NCBI GenBank assembly: GCA_951406725.2 | Contig: OX597816.1 | Span: 42,966,001-43,030,000, forward strand | Origin: Octopus vulgaris | Lineage: Eukaryota | Direction of reading: 5' to 3' | Length of the DNA: 64,000 nucleotides | Shown: piece after piece, positions 41,161 through 55,564 of the stretch | How the letters are laid out: the number at the start of each line of letters is the position of its first letter | Numbering within the stretch: position 1 is the first letter of the stretch | Position numbers and translations under genes: made by a program | The notes under the pieces: generated by a model | What the model saw: only the letters and a program-made list of their open reading frames with translations | Databases searched by the model: none | Told to the model about the DNA's origin: nothing

Positions 41161-42252
41161 ATGTAAGTATATGTTTGAGTTAGTGTGTGTATTTGTGCGT
41201 GCGGGTTGGTGTGTGTGTGCGTGTGTGTGTGTGTGTGTTTGTGTATATGTATGTGTGTATTTTTCCCAATCACTGCTTGACAACAAGCGATGATTTTTGC
41301 GTCACTGTTACCTAGCGGTTCGGCAAAAGGGGGATATTATGATCAGTACCATGCTTAGAAACTTTGAATACTAGGGTAGATTCATTAAAAGATTAACGAT
41401 AAAAGAAACATAAAGAATATACATATGTGTAAGAGAGAGGGGGGAGAGTGATGGAGACAGAGACAGACAGACAGGCAAGCAGACAAAGAAAGAATGAAGG
41501 ATGTATGTACGGTTTATTTGTGAATGTCTATTTTGTGTACATTCTGTTCGATCTCTATGTATGGTATATTTTAACATTTGTATGAATGCGTTTTTTTTTT
41601 TTTTGTGTGTGTGAACTTCCTACTGTCACATGAAGCCAGCAATTCCAGAAATGGTGGACATATTTTTTTCACACTCTTGTTAATGGAAGTGGCCAATTAT
41701 TCATAAGAGATACATTCTTAGAAATCGTACTACCATCACTTGAACACAATTTATGTTGTGTTTTGTTTTTCTGTCACTGATTTATTTATGCCACTCCAGT
41801 TCATCTTATGCAATCTCTTAGCTTCCGTTAGGTCATATATTTGTATATGTATGTTTAGATAATCAAGTGATTATTTGTGTGTGTGTCTGTGTGTGTGTGA
41901 GTATATATGTGTCCATGCATGTGTGAGCGTGTATGTACATGTGTGACTATATGTATGTGCATATGTGTATGTGTATTTGTGTGCGTGAAGATTATATTAA
42001 GTGGTGCACAAATTTTATATATCAAGAAAAGGAAGAGTTTTGAATAATTATTTATTTAGCGCTTTCATTTCGTTCCAGAGAATCATCTTGAATGCTTTTT
42101 TTTACAGAAAATGTATGCCTTTTATATATATGCGAGTTATTTGAAAAAAAAAATCGAGAGTTGAGTTAGGAAAAGAATATTCTTTGTTATTGTGAATCTA
42201 TAGAGGTGTGTATATTTATTTAGACATACACATACATACATACATACATACA

Positions 42253-42286
<34 letters not shown>

Positions 42287-42474
42287 CATATTTATACTGA
42301 TTTAAGGTAACAAAGTTCAATTTCTTCTCAATTCAATCCCAATGACATTCAACTAACCCGTTTATAAAAGACATAAATTTTCTGTTAAAAACTAATTAAT
42401 GAGGAATCTTTCAAAAGATGAAAACACTAAATAAATACTTATCATGACAACTTTCTTTATATACATACATACAC

Positions 42475-42512
<38 letters not shown>

Positions 42513-42515
42513 AAA

Positions 42516-42591
<76 letters not shown>

Positions 42592-43799
42592 TCTCTATCT
42601 ATCTATATACACACTATTTATGCCGTGCCCGACGATCTTGCTAGGACACCACAGGTGTTAGAGAGTACTGTATTGCATGCTCTCAACACATGAAACTAAC
42701 ATTATTCCATAGAATTATATATTATATTTATTAAATAATGTTTAACTCTCACCAGCTGAACTACGTTTTTGTTGATTTTACCATCACGGAATAGTACACT
42801 GCGTATATATGTGTGCGTGTGTGAGAGAGATAGTATACATATATTTGCATATATATTTAAGTGTGTATGTCATCATGTATATATGCATTATTTTGTGTCA
42901 TACAACTTTATTCGTTTGAAAAACAATTTCGAACTCCCTATTACATTTTTAATGAATTTTCATTATATGAAATGTGAAAACAATGGGGCAAGCAATAAAT
43001 AGGTTAGTTGCATAGCTGATAGATTATAAAGAAATAGTATTAAATTTCTTTCTAAAAATATGAAAATATGCATCAGGACGGAACAGAAAAAAACCTACTA
43101 CGAACTTTAAACAATAGATTTAATGTCAAACTTAACAGGCTAACTTTTTTCCGCGACAGTTCTCTTAGCAAGAGACAATCGGTGCTTTATAAATATATGA
43201 AAAGAGTGCGTGTAACCGTAAACAATAAAAAAATTTGTAGGAACATTCACGAAATGTTTGTAAATATTATATCATCCTCACATATAAGTAGTGATATTGT
43301 CTTGCTTTGTTTTCGTATCTTGTTAAACAGCGTGTGAAATATTTTATTGAATATTGTGGAATATATATTGTGAAATATTGTGTTAAATATTTTGTTAATT
43401 ATTTTACTTTTCAGATATTTTAATGAAAATAACTTCTAGAAGCCATATTTTTTCAAAGACACATTCAGTAAGAGTTTCGAAACCTACTAAACATGCGTTT
43501 TCATGAAAAACAAAAAGTTATATTTAACTTTTTTTTTTTATTTTTCCATATATTTCTAAGAAGAAATAAACTTACTGTTGATGTAAATTTAAAATTGATT
43601 TATGAAAACCATCTTCAGAAATATATACAGCTTACGTAAACATATCTGCAGACATCTAGATACATTATAATACGAATTTATAGGGAACCAAATAAACATA
43701 CAGAAATTTCAATTTTATTGTTGCGGTACTTTCCTCGTACCAAACTCGTCAAGTTGTTTGCATATAACATGTAACATTGATAGAAGTTATTAAAATGCA

Positions 43800-43871
43800 A
43801 TAATAATAATAATAATAATAATATAATAATAATAATGATGATGATGATGATGAAGATGATGATGATGATGT

Positions 43872-43941
<70 letters not shown>

Positions 43942-43957
43942 AATAATAATGATGATG

Positions 43958-44022
<65 letters not shown>
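43800..44022. repeat. (TAA)n-(TGA)n-(TAA)n compound microsatellite
   Basis: Directly visible. Confidence 0.95.
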
Positions 44023-44023
<1 letters not shown>

Positions 44024-44061
44024 TTTTTCCGCAAATAAAGAAACAAATGAGTATTAATATT

Positions 44062-44680
44062 AGTTTCATATTTTGATACAAGGCCAGCAATTTTGAGAGA
44101 GGGAGCTCGTCGATTACGTCGACCACAGTAACCAACTGGTACCTAATTTATCGACCCCGAAACGATGAAAGGCAAAGTCAACCTCGGCGGAATTTGAACT
44201 CAGAACGTAAAGATAGACGAAATACCGCTAAACATTTAGCCCGGCATGCAAACGATTCTTCTTTCTTTATTGCCCACAAGGGGCTAAACATAGATGAGAC
44301 AAACAAGGACAGACAAACGGCTTAAGTCGATCACATCGACCCCAGTACGTAACTGGTACTTAATTTATCGACCGAGAAAGGATGACAGGCGAAGTCGACC
44401 TCGGCGGAATTTGAACTCAGAACGTAGCGGCGGCAGACGAAATACCCATTTCTTTACAACCCACAAGGGGCTAAACATAGAGGAGACAAACAAGGACAGA
44501 CAAACGGATTAAGTCGATCACATCGACCCCAGTGCGTAACTGGTACTTAATTTATCGACCGAGAAAGGATGACAGGCAAAGTCAACCTCGGCAGAATTCG
44601 AACTCAGAACGCAGCGGCGGACGAGATACCACAAAATATTTCTCCTGACATCCAAACGATTCTACCAGCTCATCACCTTA
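44062..44680 (-). mobile_element. Nested or tandem array of three SINE family B copies
   Basis: The B core aactggtac.taatttatcgacc occurs three times (about 44135, 44352, 44539). Junctions are at about 44258 and 44447. Confidence 0.9.
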
Positions 44681-44710
44681 GAATGTTTACTAATAATTAA
44701 GTTCGTTTTT

Positions 44711-44890
44711 AAGGCAGTGAACTGGCAGAGTCGTTTCTACGTCCGACAAAATGCTTAGCGGCATTCCGTGTGTCTTTACGTTCTCGGTTTCAATGCCGCC
44801 GTGATCGACTTTGCTTTTCATCCTCTCTGGATCGATAAAATAAGTACCCAAAATTCACTGGCCTTGTGCCAAACCGTGAAACTAAAATTT
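44711..44890 (+). mobile_element. SINE family B (older subfamily)
   Basis: aaggcagtgaactggcaga..atgcttagcgg..tcgactttgcttttcatcc..aataagtacc. Confidence 0.8.
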
Positions 44891-44920
44891 AAGTTCGTTT
44901 TGCAATCTACTTACTGAAAG

Positions 44921-45126
44921 GTTGAGTGTCCATAAATTACTTCTACAATTTCAAAAGTTCAGCAGAACTAATGAAAAATAAGGATGCTTTGTTGTAAAAC
45001 ATAGACGAACAAGTAAATTGTTATTTATAATATCAGAACAATTTTATATGGGCCCCATTTCTTTAAAGTCACACGTCTAGTCGATAAACTGTGGAAGTTG
45101 TAAAGATAATTTGTGAATACACTGTA
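44921..45126. mobile_element. Tc1/mariner-like MITE
   Basis: Left end gagtgtccataaattacttctacaatttc. The reverse complement of the right end reads tacagtgtattcacaaattatctttacaacttc. Confidence 0.5.
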
Positions 45127-47164
45127 ATTCCTACATCTAGTTGGTGAGTAATATCTTGGTACTTTCAGAGCAGTGTAATGGTGGTTACAGTATTCAATTA
45201 TTTGTTACTACGTTGCCACTTGAAATTACATCAAGGACAACTTTCTTTTTACACTTTGGTTTATTAAAATTAAGAAATAGATAAATATAGGATTCTATAT
45301 AGTCGACTATATTCTATCTGAAATGTAAGGCTTTATACCAATGTCAGAAATGCATTTTCGTATTGTAAAGCTGAGGCTCTGCAGAATCGATAAAGCGTCT
45401 AACGAAAGACCCTTGCAGTAAATCTTTATTGCAGAACTGTCGGAAATGTTAGTCTTGTAGTCTTAACTGATTTATCCTATGATGTCTCGTCCTTTTATCT
45501 TAAGAGCTCTAATGCCACAGGGTCAACTTCAGTTTATATATATTTCATAGACGTTCAAATAAGTGGTAGAAAGATATGGAGATTCGGAAATCAATCTATT
45601 TAACTACACCTGACTCCCATAAATACAGTGACGAAATAAGAAAGCTGCTTTTCGACATGTAAATTACTCTGGTTAAGAGAAGTAAATGTGTGCTGGCCTG
45701 AATTATTTGCAATTTGGGACTCCTATATATATCATTTCAAATCCTTCATAGTCAGCATATACATTGCCTTCGAAGCTTGTTGATAACATAGAGTGTATTT
45801 TCAAAGTTCATTTTACATTTATATGAAATATTTTTCTTACGATTCGTTCTTACATATCTTTAGTATCTTTGGTATTTTGTAATAAATATCTGTGTATATT
45901 AAGATGCTCAACTGATCTGAAGCGACCTCGGCTGCTCTACTAAAGTTTTACAACAAAGCAATCTATAAGCCAACATCATAGCAGGTTCGTTGCTAACCAC
46001 ACTAAAATATTAATATCCATTTTTATGTTGTGGGGACCAAAGTTAGTTTGTTGATTATAATTCCATTTATACTAGACAAGTATCGTTTCTGAACAATTTG
46101 ACAAGTCTGCAAAGCAAAAATAAACCTAACAATAACATCGACTATGTTTTCGATTATTCTGTTAGTTTTTGTTTACGTAAATGCCGCGAGGACATTTGAA
46201 TTACCATGTATATTTTAATGATATAATATTAATATACGACTTCAACAACAAAATTGGGTTCTGTCACAGAATTTCATTTTAATGACTACTTTAATACGAT
46301 ACAATTATTCTACCTATAATTATTATCTTAAGAATAGAATGTGGTTTTATGTGAGTTTGACGTTTAGCATTATGTTAGAGTAGTCAGTGTTTTATCAGCA
46401 GACATTTACGTAGTACAGAGACGATATTTGATATATTGATATTCCCAAGATTGAAAGTCTGCAAAGGTTTTCACGTTTTCCTGTGACAAATTATTGAATA
46501 TCAATGAAATCCAATTTCCTAGTGTAGCTCTATTATCAACCAACTTATTGCAAATATCAATGGAGATGGGGGAGATTACTTGTAGATTACTTCGAAATTA
46601 ATTGGAGATTGATTAGTTACTGGAATAAATCTTAAACCGGTTATAGAACAATCCAACTACAAACAGCAGGTCACCATAGAATTTACTCAATGAGGATGCA
46701 ACATTAGTTTAAAATGGAGGCGTTGGGTGAAGAGATAGAAGAAGTGGCATAGTGTTGCACAAAATATCTTGTGATACAAAACGGTATTTCAATATGTTCT
46801 GTGTTCACTTTTCAACGAGTTTAGTTTTACTTTCGATTTCCTCTGATATGTAGTATTAGGCCAAGCTGATAAAATCACTTACGAGTCGGCATATCTTTCA
46901 GTTCCTTACGCTCTAAGTTAGAACTCCGCAAAAGCATCTTTCTCTTTTGTCCTTTTTAGATCGAATAAAATACCAGTCGCGTACTGAATGCCATGTAATT
47001 GATTGATTAATCCTCGCTTCCAAAAAATTTCTGGCCTTCTCCAAAAATTTGTAACAATTATTAGCATTCTGATTATTCAACTATAAATTTAAATCACTTT
47101 TGAATCTACTTTGTCTTTCATTCTCCCAGGGTTTAATATAAAAAGAGAAACTTATATACCTTAT

Positions 47165-47522
47165 TGTGAAGGCGCATGGCTCAGTGGTTAGAGCGTCGAG
47201 CTTACGATCGTGAGGCTGTGAGCTCGAATCCCGGACCGGGCTGCGTGTTGTGTTCTTGAGCAAGGCACTTTATATCACGTTGCTCCAGTTCACTCAGCTG
47301 TAGAAATGAGTTGCGACGTCACTGGTGCCAAGCTGGATTGGCCTTTGCCTTTCCCTTGGATAACACTGGTGGCGTGGAGAGGGGAGGCTGGTATGCATGG
47401 GCGACTGCTGGTCTTCCATAAACAACCTTGCCCGGACTTGTGTCTAGGAGGGTAACTTTCTAGGTGCAATCCCATGGTCTGTGTCGTGACCGAAGGGGGT
47501 CTTTACCCTTTACCTTTACCCT
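47165..47522 (+). mobile_element. tRNA-derived SINE family C, full length with 13-bp TSD
   Basis: A-box tggctcagtggttaga, B-box gagctcgaatccc, (TTTACC)n tail. ttatataccttat is duplicated at 47152-47164 and 47523-47535. Confidence 0.92.
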
Positions 47523-48218
47523 TTATATACCTTATATGTTATGCTGGTATAAAAATGTCTGATATTGCGACGCATTTTGTTACTTTCTTCCTGGTTTGGT
47601 ATCTTCATGTGTTGCTTAAGTTGAGTTCATTCCATTGACGCTTTCCCTACAAGTAATTCTTTCTACGTACTTGAAAATAACAACAGCTTACACACTCTCA
47701 TATGCTCTCTCCCGTTTTCTACCACCCTCATCTCTCGTTAAAAAGTTGCCTGTCATTTTTATGACAGCATAAAGAAATTGGGAAAATTAATTGCAAATAG
47801 TTGCTTCAGTTTGTTTTTCAAGTTGTATGTATTCCACAGTAATCTTTCTCGAATCATTTCTATACGACATACATGAGAGTTGAATGATGGAGATGAAGAC
47901 AATGATTTATTTACAAGTTTATCGCTCATTCTCATTTATAAGGCTGCTTCTGACTAGTTTTGAATGTCTTCAGAAATTCAACTTCACAGTTGTTAGTGCT
48001 TCAATTGCTATTCGTGACAGCTATGTTTCAAACAAATGTTGAAATCTTTGAACATGTTAGTTTGTAAATGATCTATTGTTGAGTAAAAATTCATTCCACT
48101 TATATTTTACCGTTCATTGTCATTGACAGAAAGATTTTCACGGTTTTTTAATGCAAAGACTCAGTGGAGTAAGGAGAATACTTCTTTTTAAATGTTTCAC
48201 AAGTTTAGATATGTATAG

Positions 48219-48960
<742 letters not shown>

Positions 48961-49639
48961 GAGATAAGGAGAGCAAATGAGGGAGGCAGGTGTTACCGCG
49001 TATATACGTGGATAGCTAGATGCATAAATATATACACGTATCGGATATGTATGTGAGGATATAGGTAGATGCGTACATGCGTATGTAAGTTGGTATCTAA
49101 TTGGGCTAATAGGAATATTGTTGTGAGGGTGGGACGTTTCGTAAACAGATATGTAAATAGGTAGAATGATCGGTGTACGTGTAGTATTTGAGATGATAAA
49201 TGTAAGTCAGTGTAAAATTTTAACGTAATACAATTGAACCATTCTAATTCCCAACTATTGTTGAAGACTTGCCAAACATCTCAATTAAAGATGCTGGTTA
49301 ATACTACATACTGAGAATTTTTACAATCATTATTTGAATCCATTGCAAAAATAAATAGACTCACCAGTCGCTGACACGCTTGTTTATATGAGTCATGAAT
49401 TACGCTAAGTGTTGAATATGTCAAAAACCAATGATTCTAGAATTAGATTTGTTTTTTTTTTGTTTTGTTTTTTACTCACTGAGTATTTTTTTGATATTTC
49501 CGGGAACAACGTTTTAACAAGTTATTTGAGAGACGAATTGGCATCTGAGATAATATTTTATATACGATATTTGTCACATGAATGTAGCCTGTGTAAAAGT
49601 GATAAATATTAAATATAGCTTAATATTTTGAAGCTAGAG

Positions 49640-49855
49640 AAGGCGTTGAGTTGGCAGAATGGTTTTCATGTCGGAAAAAATTCTTAGCAGCGCTTATTCC
49701 GGTATTACTGTTCTGAGTTGAAATGCCAGCAGGGTCGACTTTGGCTTTTATCCTTGCGAGGTCGTCAAAATAAATACTAGTCAAACACTGGAGTCGATGT
49801 AAACATACCCTCTCCCGAAAATTGTTGGCATTTTGCCAAAATTTGAAACCAATAT
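49640..49855 (+). mobile_element. SINE family B, diverged
   Basis: aaggcgttgagttggcagaat..gttctgagtt..ggtcgacttt..atcc..aggtcg. Confidence 0.75.
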
Positions 49856-49872
49856 TTCGAAGCTAGATACAA

Positions 49873-50308
49873 TGCGTAGGAGTAGCTGTGTGGTAAGTAG
49901 CTTGCTTACCAACTACATGTTTCCGGGTTCAGTCCCACTACGTGGCACCTTGGGCAAGTGTCTTCTACTATAGCCTCGAGCCGACCAAAGCCTAGTGAGT
50001 GGATTTCGTAGACGGAAACTGAAAGAAGCCCGTCGTATATATGTATATATATATAAGTGTGTGTGTATATGTTTGTGTGCATGTGTTTGTGTGTCTGTGT
50101 TTGTCCCCCCAACATCACTTGACAACCGATGCTGGTGTGTTTACGTCCCCGTAACTTGGTGGTTCGGCAAAAGAGACCGATAGAATAAGTACTAGGCTTA
50201 CAAAGAATAAGTCCTGGGACCGATTTGCTCGACTAAAAGGTGGTGCTCCAGCATGGCCACAGTCTAATGACTGAAACAAGTAAAAGAGTAAAAGAGATAG
50301 TAAAGAGT
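49873..50308 (+). mobile_element. SINE family A, full length
   Basis: Near-consensus copy. Confidence 0.92.
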
Positions 50309-50318
50309 TATGCATATA

Positions 50319-50464
50319 TAGTAATGCCTTGATATACGAGTTGATTCGTTTCCGGAGAACACTTGTAAAACAAAAACTCGTTGACGGAAAATAAAACTCG
50401 TAAACCTGGTGTCTCGTAAATCGGATCCTCGTATAACAAGCCCTCGTTAAGTGAGGTATTACTG
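50319..50464. mobile_element. Tigger/pogo-like MITE
   Basis: Ends tagtaatgccttgatatacgag / ctcgttaagtgaggtattactg (reverse complement cagtaatacctcacttaacgag), with repeated internal ctcgt motifs. Confidence 0.75.
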
Positions 50465-50718
50465 CATATTTCTTTGGAGTCTGCTTGATCATATGTGTGT
50501 GTACGTGCACGTATCTTTGTCCTTATATCCCAATGCCTGACAAATTGTGCCTGGATTGTTTATGCGACGTAACACAGCAGTTCGGCATTAGAAACCGATA
50601 AAATGAATACCCGACTATAAATATTACTGGAGAACATTTTGATCAAATAAACACGCAAGGGTTATACCTCACCAGGGTCGCAGTTTAATGGATAAAAAAG
50701 GAAAATAATTAATCAATA

Positions 50719-50897
50719 GGCGTAGGAGTGGCTGTGTGGTAAGTAGCTTGCTTACCAACCACATGGTTCCGGGTTCAGTCTCGCTACGTGGCACCTTGGG
50801 CACTTGGGCATGTGTCTTCTAGTATAGCCTCGGGTCGACAAAATCCCTGTGAGCGGATTTGGTAGTCGGAAACTGAAAGAAGCATGTCGTATATATG

Positions 50898-50949
<52 letters not shown>

Positions 50950-51009
50950 TAAATATATGGCACAACGGGCTATTCTTTACTGGAAAGCAATACTTTCGTA
51001 TTGCATTAC

Positions 51010-51052
<43 letters not shown>

Positions 51053-51100
51053 ATGTATGTATGTGTGTATATGTTTGTGTGTCTGTGTTTGTCCCCACCA

Positions 51101-51149
<49 letters not shown>

Positions 51150-51360
51150 TTATGTGTCTGTGTTTGTCCCCCTAGCATTGCTTGACAACCGATGCTGGTG
51201 TGTTTACGTCCGCGTAACTTAGTGGTTCGGCAAATCAGACCGATAGAATAAGTACTAGGCTTACAAAGAAATAAGTCCTGGGGTCGATTTGCTCGACTTA
51301 AAGGCGGTGCTCCAGCATGGCCACAGTCAAATGACTGAAACAAGTAACAGAGTAAAGAGT
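50719..51360 (+). mobile_element. SINE family A with an insert in its microsatellite
   Basis: Consensus head and tail. About 65 bp of foreign sequence at 50948-51013, plus a duplicated tgtgtctgtgtttgtcccc block. Confidence 0.9.
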
Positions 51361-51447
51361 CGAGTAATAGCTGAATAGCGTATTGTGGTGGAGGCATACA
51401 CTGGTTTGAAAGATGAAACATAAGACAAACTAGAAATTTTTAAAAAC

Positions 51448-51606
51448 TGGCCGTGCGGTAAGAAGATTCTTCAGAACTAAATGATTCGAGTTCAGTCCCG
51501 ATGCATGACACCTTGCAGAAATGTCTGTAGCTAAAGCCTCGGGCTGACGAAAGCATTGTGGGTGCATTTAGTTGACTGAAACTGAAAGGAGCTCATCATG
51601 AACATA

Positions 51607-51650
<44 letters not shown>

Positions 51651-51910
51651 GTCTATGCGCGTGTTGTGTATGCGTGTGTGTGTGTATGTGTGTGTATATT
51701 TATGTGTATGTGTTCTTTTCTGATTTTGTCCTCCACCGCCGCTAGACATCTGATATTCCTGTGTTTAGGTCACCGCAACGTAGCAGTTCGGCAAAAGATA
51801 CTAATAGAATAACTACCAGACTTTAAGCAAAATATAGTACTGGCTCTATAAACACTCTTCAACGCGGTGCCCTAGTAAGGCCGCAGCCTAATCACTGACA
51901 CGAGTATAAA
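51448..51910 (+). mobile_element. Degenerate SINE family A
   Basis: tggccgtgcggtaag, agttcagtccc, aaactgaaag and gttcggcaaaaga occur in the expected order. Confidence 0.75.
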
Positions 51911-52451
51911 AAAAAAATTGACACCTAAACACCTTAAGACCAAAAGGTTGTTCAGTGTTAGTTGTATTCTTCCTCTAATATTTTCTTTTTCATTTTCAGT
52001 GTACCGAAAGACATTTTTCCCCTTAGGATTTCATTTTGGTACCAGTTTCAGTTTGATTCGATTTACTTACATTACTAATATCTGTCGCAAAAAGCGAAAG
52101 TCGTGACACCTTCTCGATTTCCAGTTAACTTTAATGACTAGGTGGCGTTTCGTTCATATTTTTCGCAACGAATGTATTTACAAGCTAAACTCCAATATCA
52201 TAAGAGGTGGCATTTATAATTACAGCTAGAGGGAGAAGATAATTAGATCGTGTGTATATAGAACGAAAGTTAAGTTCAAATGGAACAAATATTCAGGGAA
52301 TATAAATGTATGTATACGTATGTGATATATGTGCGTGTGTGTATTATGTATTGTATATAGTTATATATCTATACATAGAAAGAGAATGAGAGAAAGAGAC
52401 ACAGATAGAGAATGAGGGAAATACATGATGCACATTTACACGTATGTGTTC

Positions 52452-52507
<56 letters not shown>

Positions 52508-52660
52508 CTGTGTGTGTGTGTGTGTGTCTGCATGTATGTATGCAAGCATATATGTATATATAATAAACATCGTGTAAAAGCTGCTTTCATAAGATAAAAG
52601 TACATGGACATATATATACAGCAATAAACATATACATATGTGTGTATGTATGTATGTATG

Positions 52661-52704
<44 letters not shown>

Positions 52705-52868
52705 ATGCAAAAATGGGACAAGAACGCAAAGCATCCAGACAGATACGTGATACAAAAAAAGGACAACAAAACATCAAGACAGAAAATACAATGAAAACAA
52801 GGACGGGTCACGCGGAGTTTTTTTCCTCAGTCGAGTTCCAGATTACCTTTGCAATTTCTGCTGGTTAT
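52705..52868 (-). mobile_element. Fragment of the non-coding pLTR/retrozyme-like family
   Basis: gggacaagaacg..ggacggg..ctcagtcgag..gcaatttc.gctg parallels 1700-1805 and 56349-56455. Confidence 0.6.
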
Positions 52869-52869
52869 A

Positions 52870-53145
52870 AACATAATTTATGTCATAAAATGGTCGGGCT
52901 GCCACCAAGACTACGTGGGTTCCACGGGACTTTCACTCAGACGTAGATGCACACTGCATCGACAACAGATTGCATTCCCAGAATATAGAATGATACCTTT
53001 TAGTGAGCACATTGAGAAATGCGCAAAGCAACTACTACCACAATTTTAATCTTTCCATTTTACCAATGTGCTTTCGGATCATCAACACAAATTAGACTAA
53101 ACAAGGAAACATTCTTCATTGAAAAGTACAAGCCCAGACTCAACC
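52870..53145 (+). mobile_element. Penelope-like GIY-YIG endonuclease fragment (one frameshift)
   Basis: NIIYVIKWSGCHQDYVGSTGLSLRRRCTLHRQQI..PFSEHIEKC, then IFPFYQC..IRLNKETFFIEKYKPRLN (GIY, YIG, R, H, E and N residues). Confidence 0.9.
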
Positions 53146-53310
53146 ATCCGAACATACTGATACAGAGAAATTCACACCAAGGGTGAGGAAAACATTTTTA
53201 AGCGATTATCTCCCTTACACCGGAATAAATCACTCACTACCTCCCCTTATTTAGAACTCTCCTGAAAATAAACACAACGATAACTCTATTCAACATAAAC
53301 ATAACGTCAC

Positions 53311-53349
53311 AAGAAATTTGAAAAGCTACACGCGAAACCGGTCTTTCTT
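53311..53349 (+). ncRNA. Minimal type I hammerhead with a U3:A8 core, downstream of the GIY-YIG fragment
   Basis: AAGAAA u UUGAAAA GC uacac GC GAAA CCGG UC UUUCUU. Stem I 6 bp, palindromic stem III ACCGGU, triplet GUC. Confidence 0.75.
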
Positions 53350-53482
53350 TTAAATTATGTCATTATAACAGAAAAAAATTTTTTAAAAAAGTTTTCTAAT
53401 ATTCTTCAGACATAATGACGCAAATATATATATATATATTTTAACATTTAAGCCTTCTGTCGTTTTTTCACTCTTTACTACT

Positions 53483-53657
<175 letters not shown>

Positions 53658-54074
53658 ATCTATATATGGCAACCAAGAAACACATACTTTTCAGTATAAC
53701 TGTTTTACAAGAATTGAAATCAGAAGAAAAGTATTTGCCAAAACATGAATCGATTTGAAGAATTCATTTGGATAAAGACATTCCTCTACGTTTCCAGAAT
53801 CTGTTCCACAATTGTTACATTCTTCACGGAGAATATGAATGTCTCGAAATCCACCCTGATTCACCACTTTGTTAATCAGTCGTTTCTATTGATAAACTTA
53901 TGCAATCGCGTTTTCCAAGAAGGTCCAGTATTAACATTGTTATTTCGCCTTGAAAAAGCACCACTCAACAATTTTAGGAATGAGTATAGTGATGTGTACA
54001 TCTTGCAGAATGGTTAACCTAACCACCTCTTCTACTAATGTATGCGAATGACAAAATGAAGCAGAAGGTCTTGT

Positions 54075-54280
54075 TACTAAGGGCATAAGGCCTGAAATTT
54101 GTGGAGAGGTGAGTGGTTGATTACATCGACCCCAGTACTCCACTCGTACTTAATTCATCGACCCCAAAAGCATGAATGGCAAAGTCGACCTCAGCGGAAT
54201 TTGAACTCAGAACGTAAGGACGGGCGAAATGCCGCTAAGCATTCTACTTGGCGGTCTAACTATTCTGCCAGCACGCCGTA
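54075..54280 (-). mobile_element. SINE family B (older subfamily)
   Basis: tcgaccccagt..atcgacccc..ggcaaagtcgacctc..gaatttgaactcagaacgtaa. Confidence 0.85.
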
Positions 54281-54562
54281 TTCACAATAATCTTGTTGCA
54301 ACATCAGTGATTGTCACTTGGCCTTCTATATATTGCGAGCTGGAGCGACTTACTACTATTTCTAGCGGGTATGTGTGGACCACCGATGATGGACACAGAT
54401 AGCCCGAAACTGTCTTCTGCTGAAAGATGGTAGGGGTTCGTTCCCCAGTTTGCAATATATGTTGGGTGCAGACTGCATCGATATCCAGCTAGAGAGAGAT
54501 CCTCCTGGGGTTAAAATCGGCAGTACTTATATCTAAATATTTATGTATAAACATACATATCT

Positions 54563-54648
<86 letters not shown>

Positions 54649-54786
54649 TGATAGATACACACATACACATTGAAATATTGAAATTCATTAGTCGTCATTA
54701 ACCCTCCGACAAACAGGCACGTGAAACTCTGAGTAACAGTCCAGTGACTATTATGCAGCTTTTATAATAAAGCAATTATATATATA

Positions 54787-54826
<40 letters not shown>

Positions 54827-54927
54827 CAAAAGAGGGTGTGGTGTTTCCACACAGGAATAAAAATATAGGAAAATGTGTTGTTGAAAATGCGCTTAAATTT
54901 CAAAAACTCGTAAATGTTTAAAATACA

Positions 54928-54971
54928 TACCAAACTAGTTTCAACAATATTTTTTTTGTTTATCAACGGTA
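54928..54971 (-). ncRNA. Minimal type I hammerhead with a U3:A8 core in a (TA)n-flanked cassette (54825-55153)
   Basis: Minus strand reads UACCG UUGAUAA ACAA..UUGU U GAAA CUAG UU UGGUA. Palindromic stem III ACUAGU, triplet GUU. Confidence 0.8.
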
Positions 54972-55000
54972 AAATTATAAAATTAGAAAAACATCGTTAT

Positions 55001-55105
55001 AAGTTTCAATGTTGACAAATCAAAATGTTTCGATGTTGACAAACTGAAATGTTTCAAAGCTGTTAAATTAAAATGTTTCAATGTTGATAAATTATCATGT
55101 TCAAA
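55001..55105. repeat. 24-bp minisatellite, about 4 copies
   Basis: Recurrent aatgtttcaatgttgacaaa(n4). Confidence 0.8.
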
Positions 55106-55152
55106 ACAGGTGTAAGTTTGAAATTAAAAATAAGGATAACCAATACCTTCCC

Positions 55153-55234
<82 letters not shown>

Positions 55235-55236
<2 letters not shown>

Positions 55237-55416
55237 CTGACCGCTAAATCCACAAATTTTTTTATTCTCTCTTTGTTTATTTCCTGATGTTCCTTTCTAT
55301 TAAAGACTGTAGACACGAAAAGTAAAAGACTTTATCACCTTCTCGGGCGTCAAACTGATACACCTGTTTGTTGTTCATACACCTGTCTTCGTCTTTTGTT
55401 TTTCTTTAAAATTCAG

Positions 55417-55420
<4 letters not shown>
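55235..55420 (+). mobile_element. Degenerate pLTR-like cassette in (TA)n with an HHR remnant
   Basis: CUUU cuauuaa ..GAAA AGUA AAAG at 55293-55328. Stem I and GAAA are retained and the core is decayed. Confidence 0.45.
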
Positions 55421-55466
<46 letters not shown>

Positions 55467-55515
55467 GTGTTTGTGTGAGTGTGCGTCTGTTTAATGTGCG
55501 TATGTATATATATTC

Positions 55516-55564
<49 letters not shown>

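Noticed and set aside
47169-47245. tRNA-like sequence
   Set aside because: It is the head of a SINE with body, tail and TSD, not a tRNA gene. The same applies to the family A and B heads.
53698-53890. Minus-strand open frame containing ECNNCG
   Set aside because: About 64 codons with no start and no recognisable domain.
54377-54420. CCGAUGA...GAAACUGUC hammerhead-like remnant
   Set aside because: The core is mutated and stems I and II do not pair adequately. Counted only as a decayed remnant.
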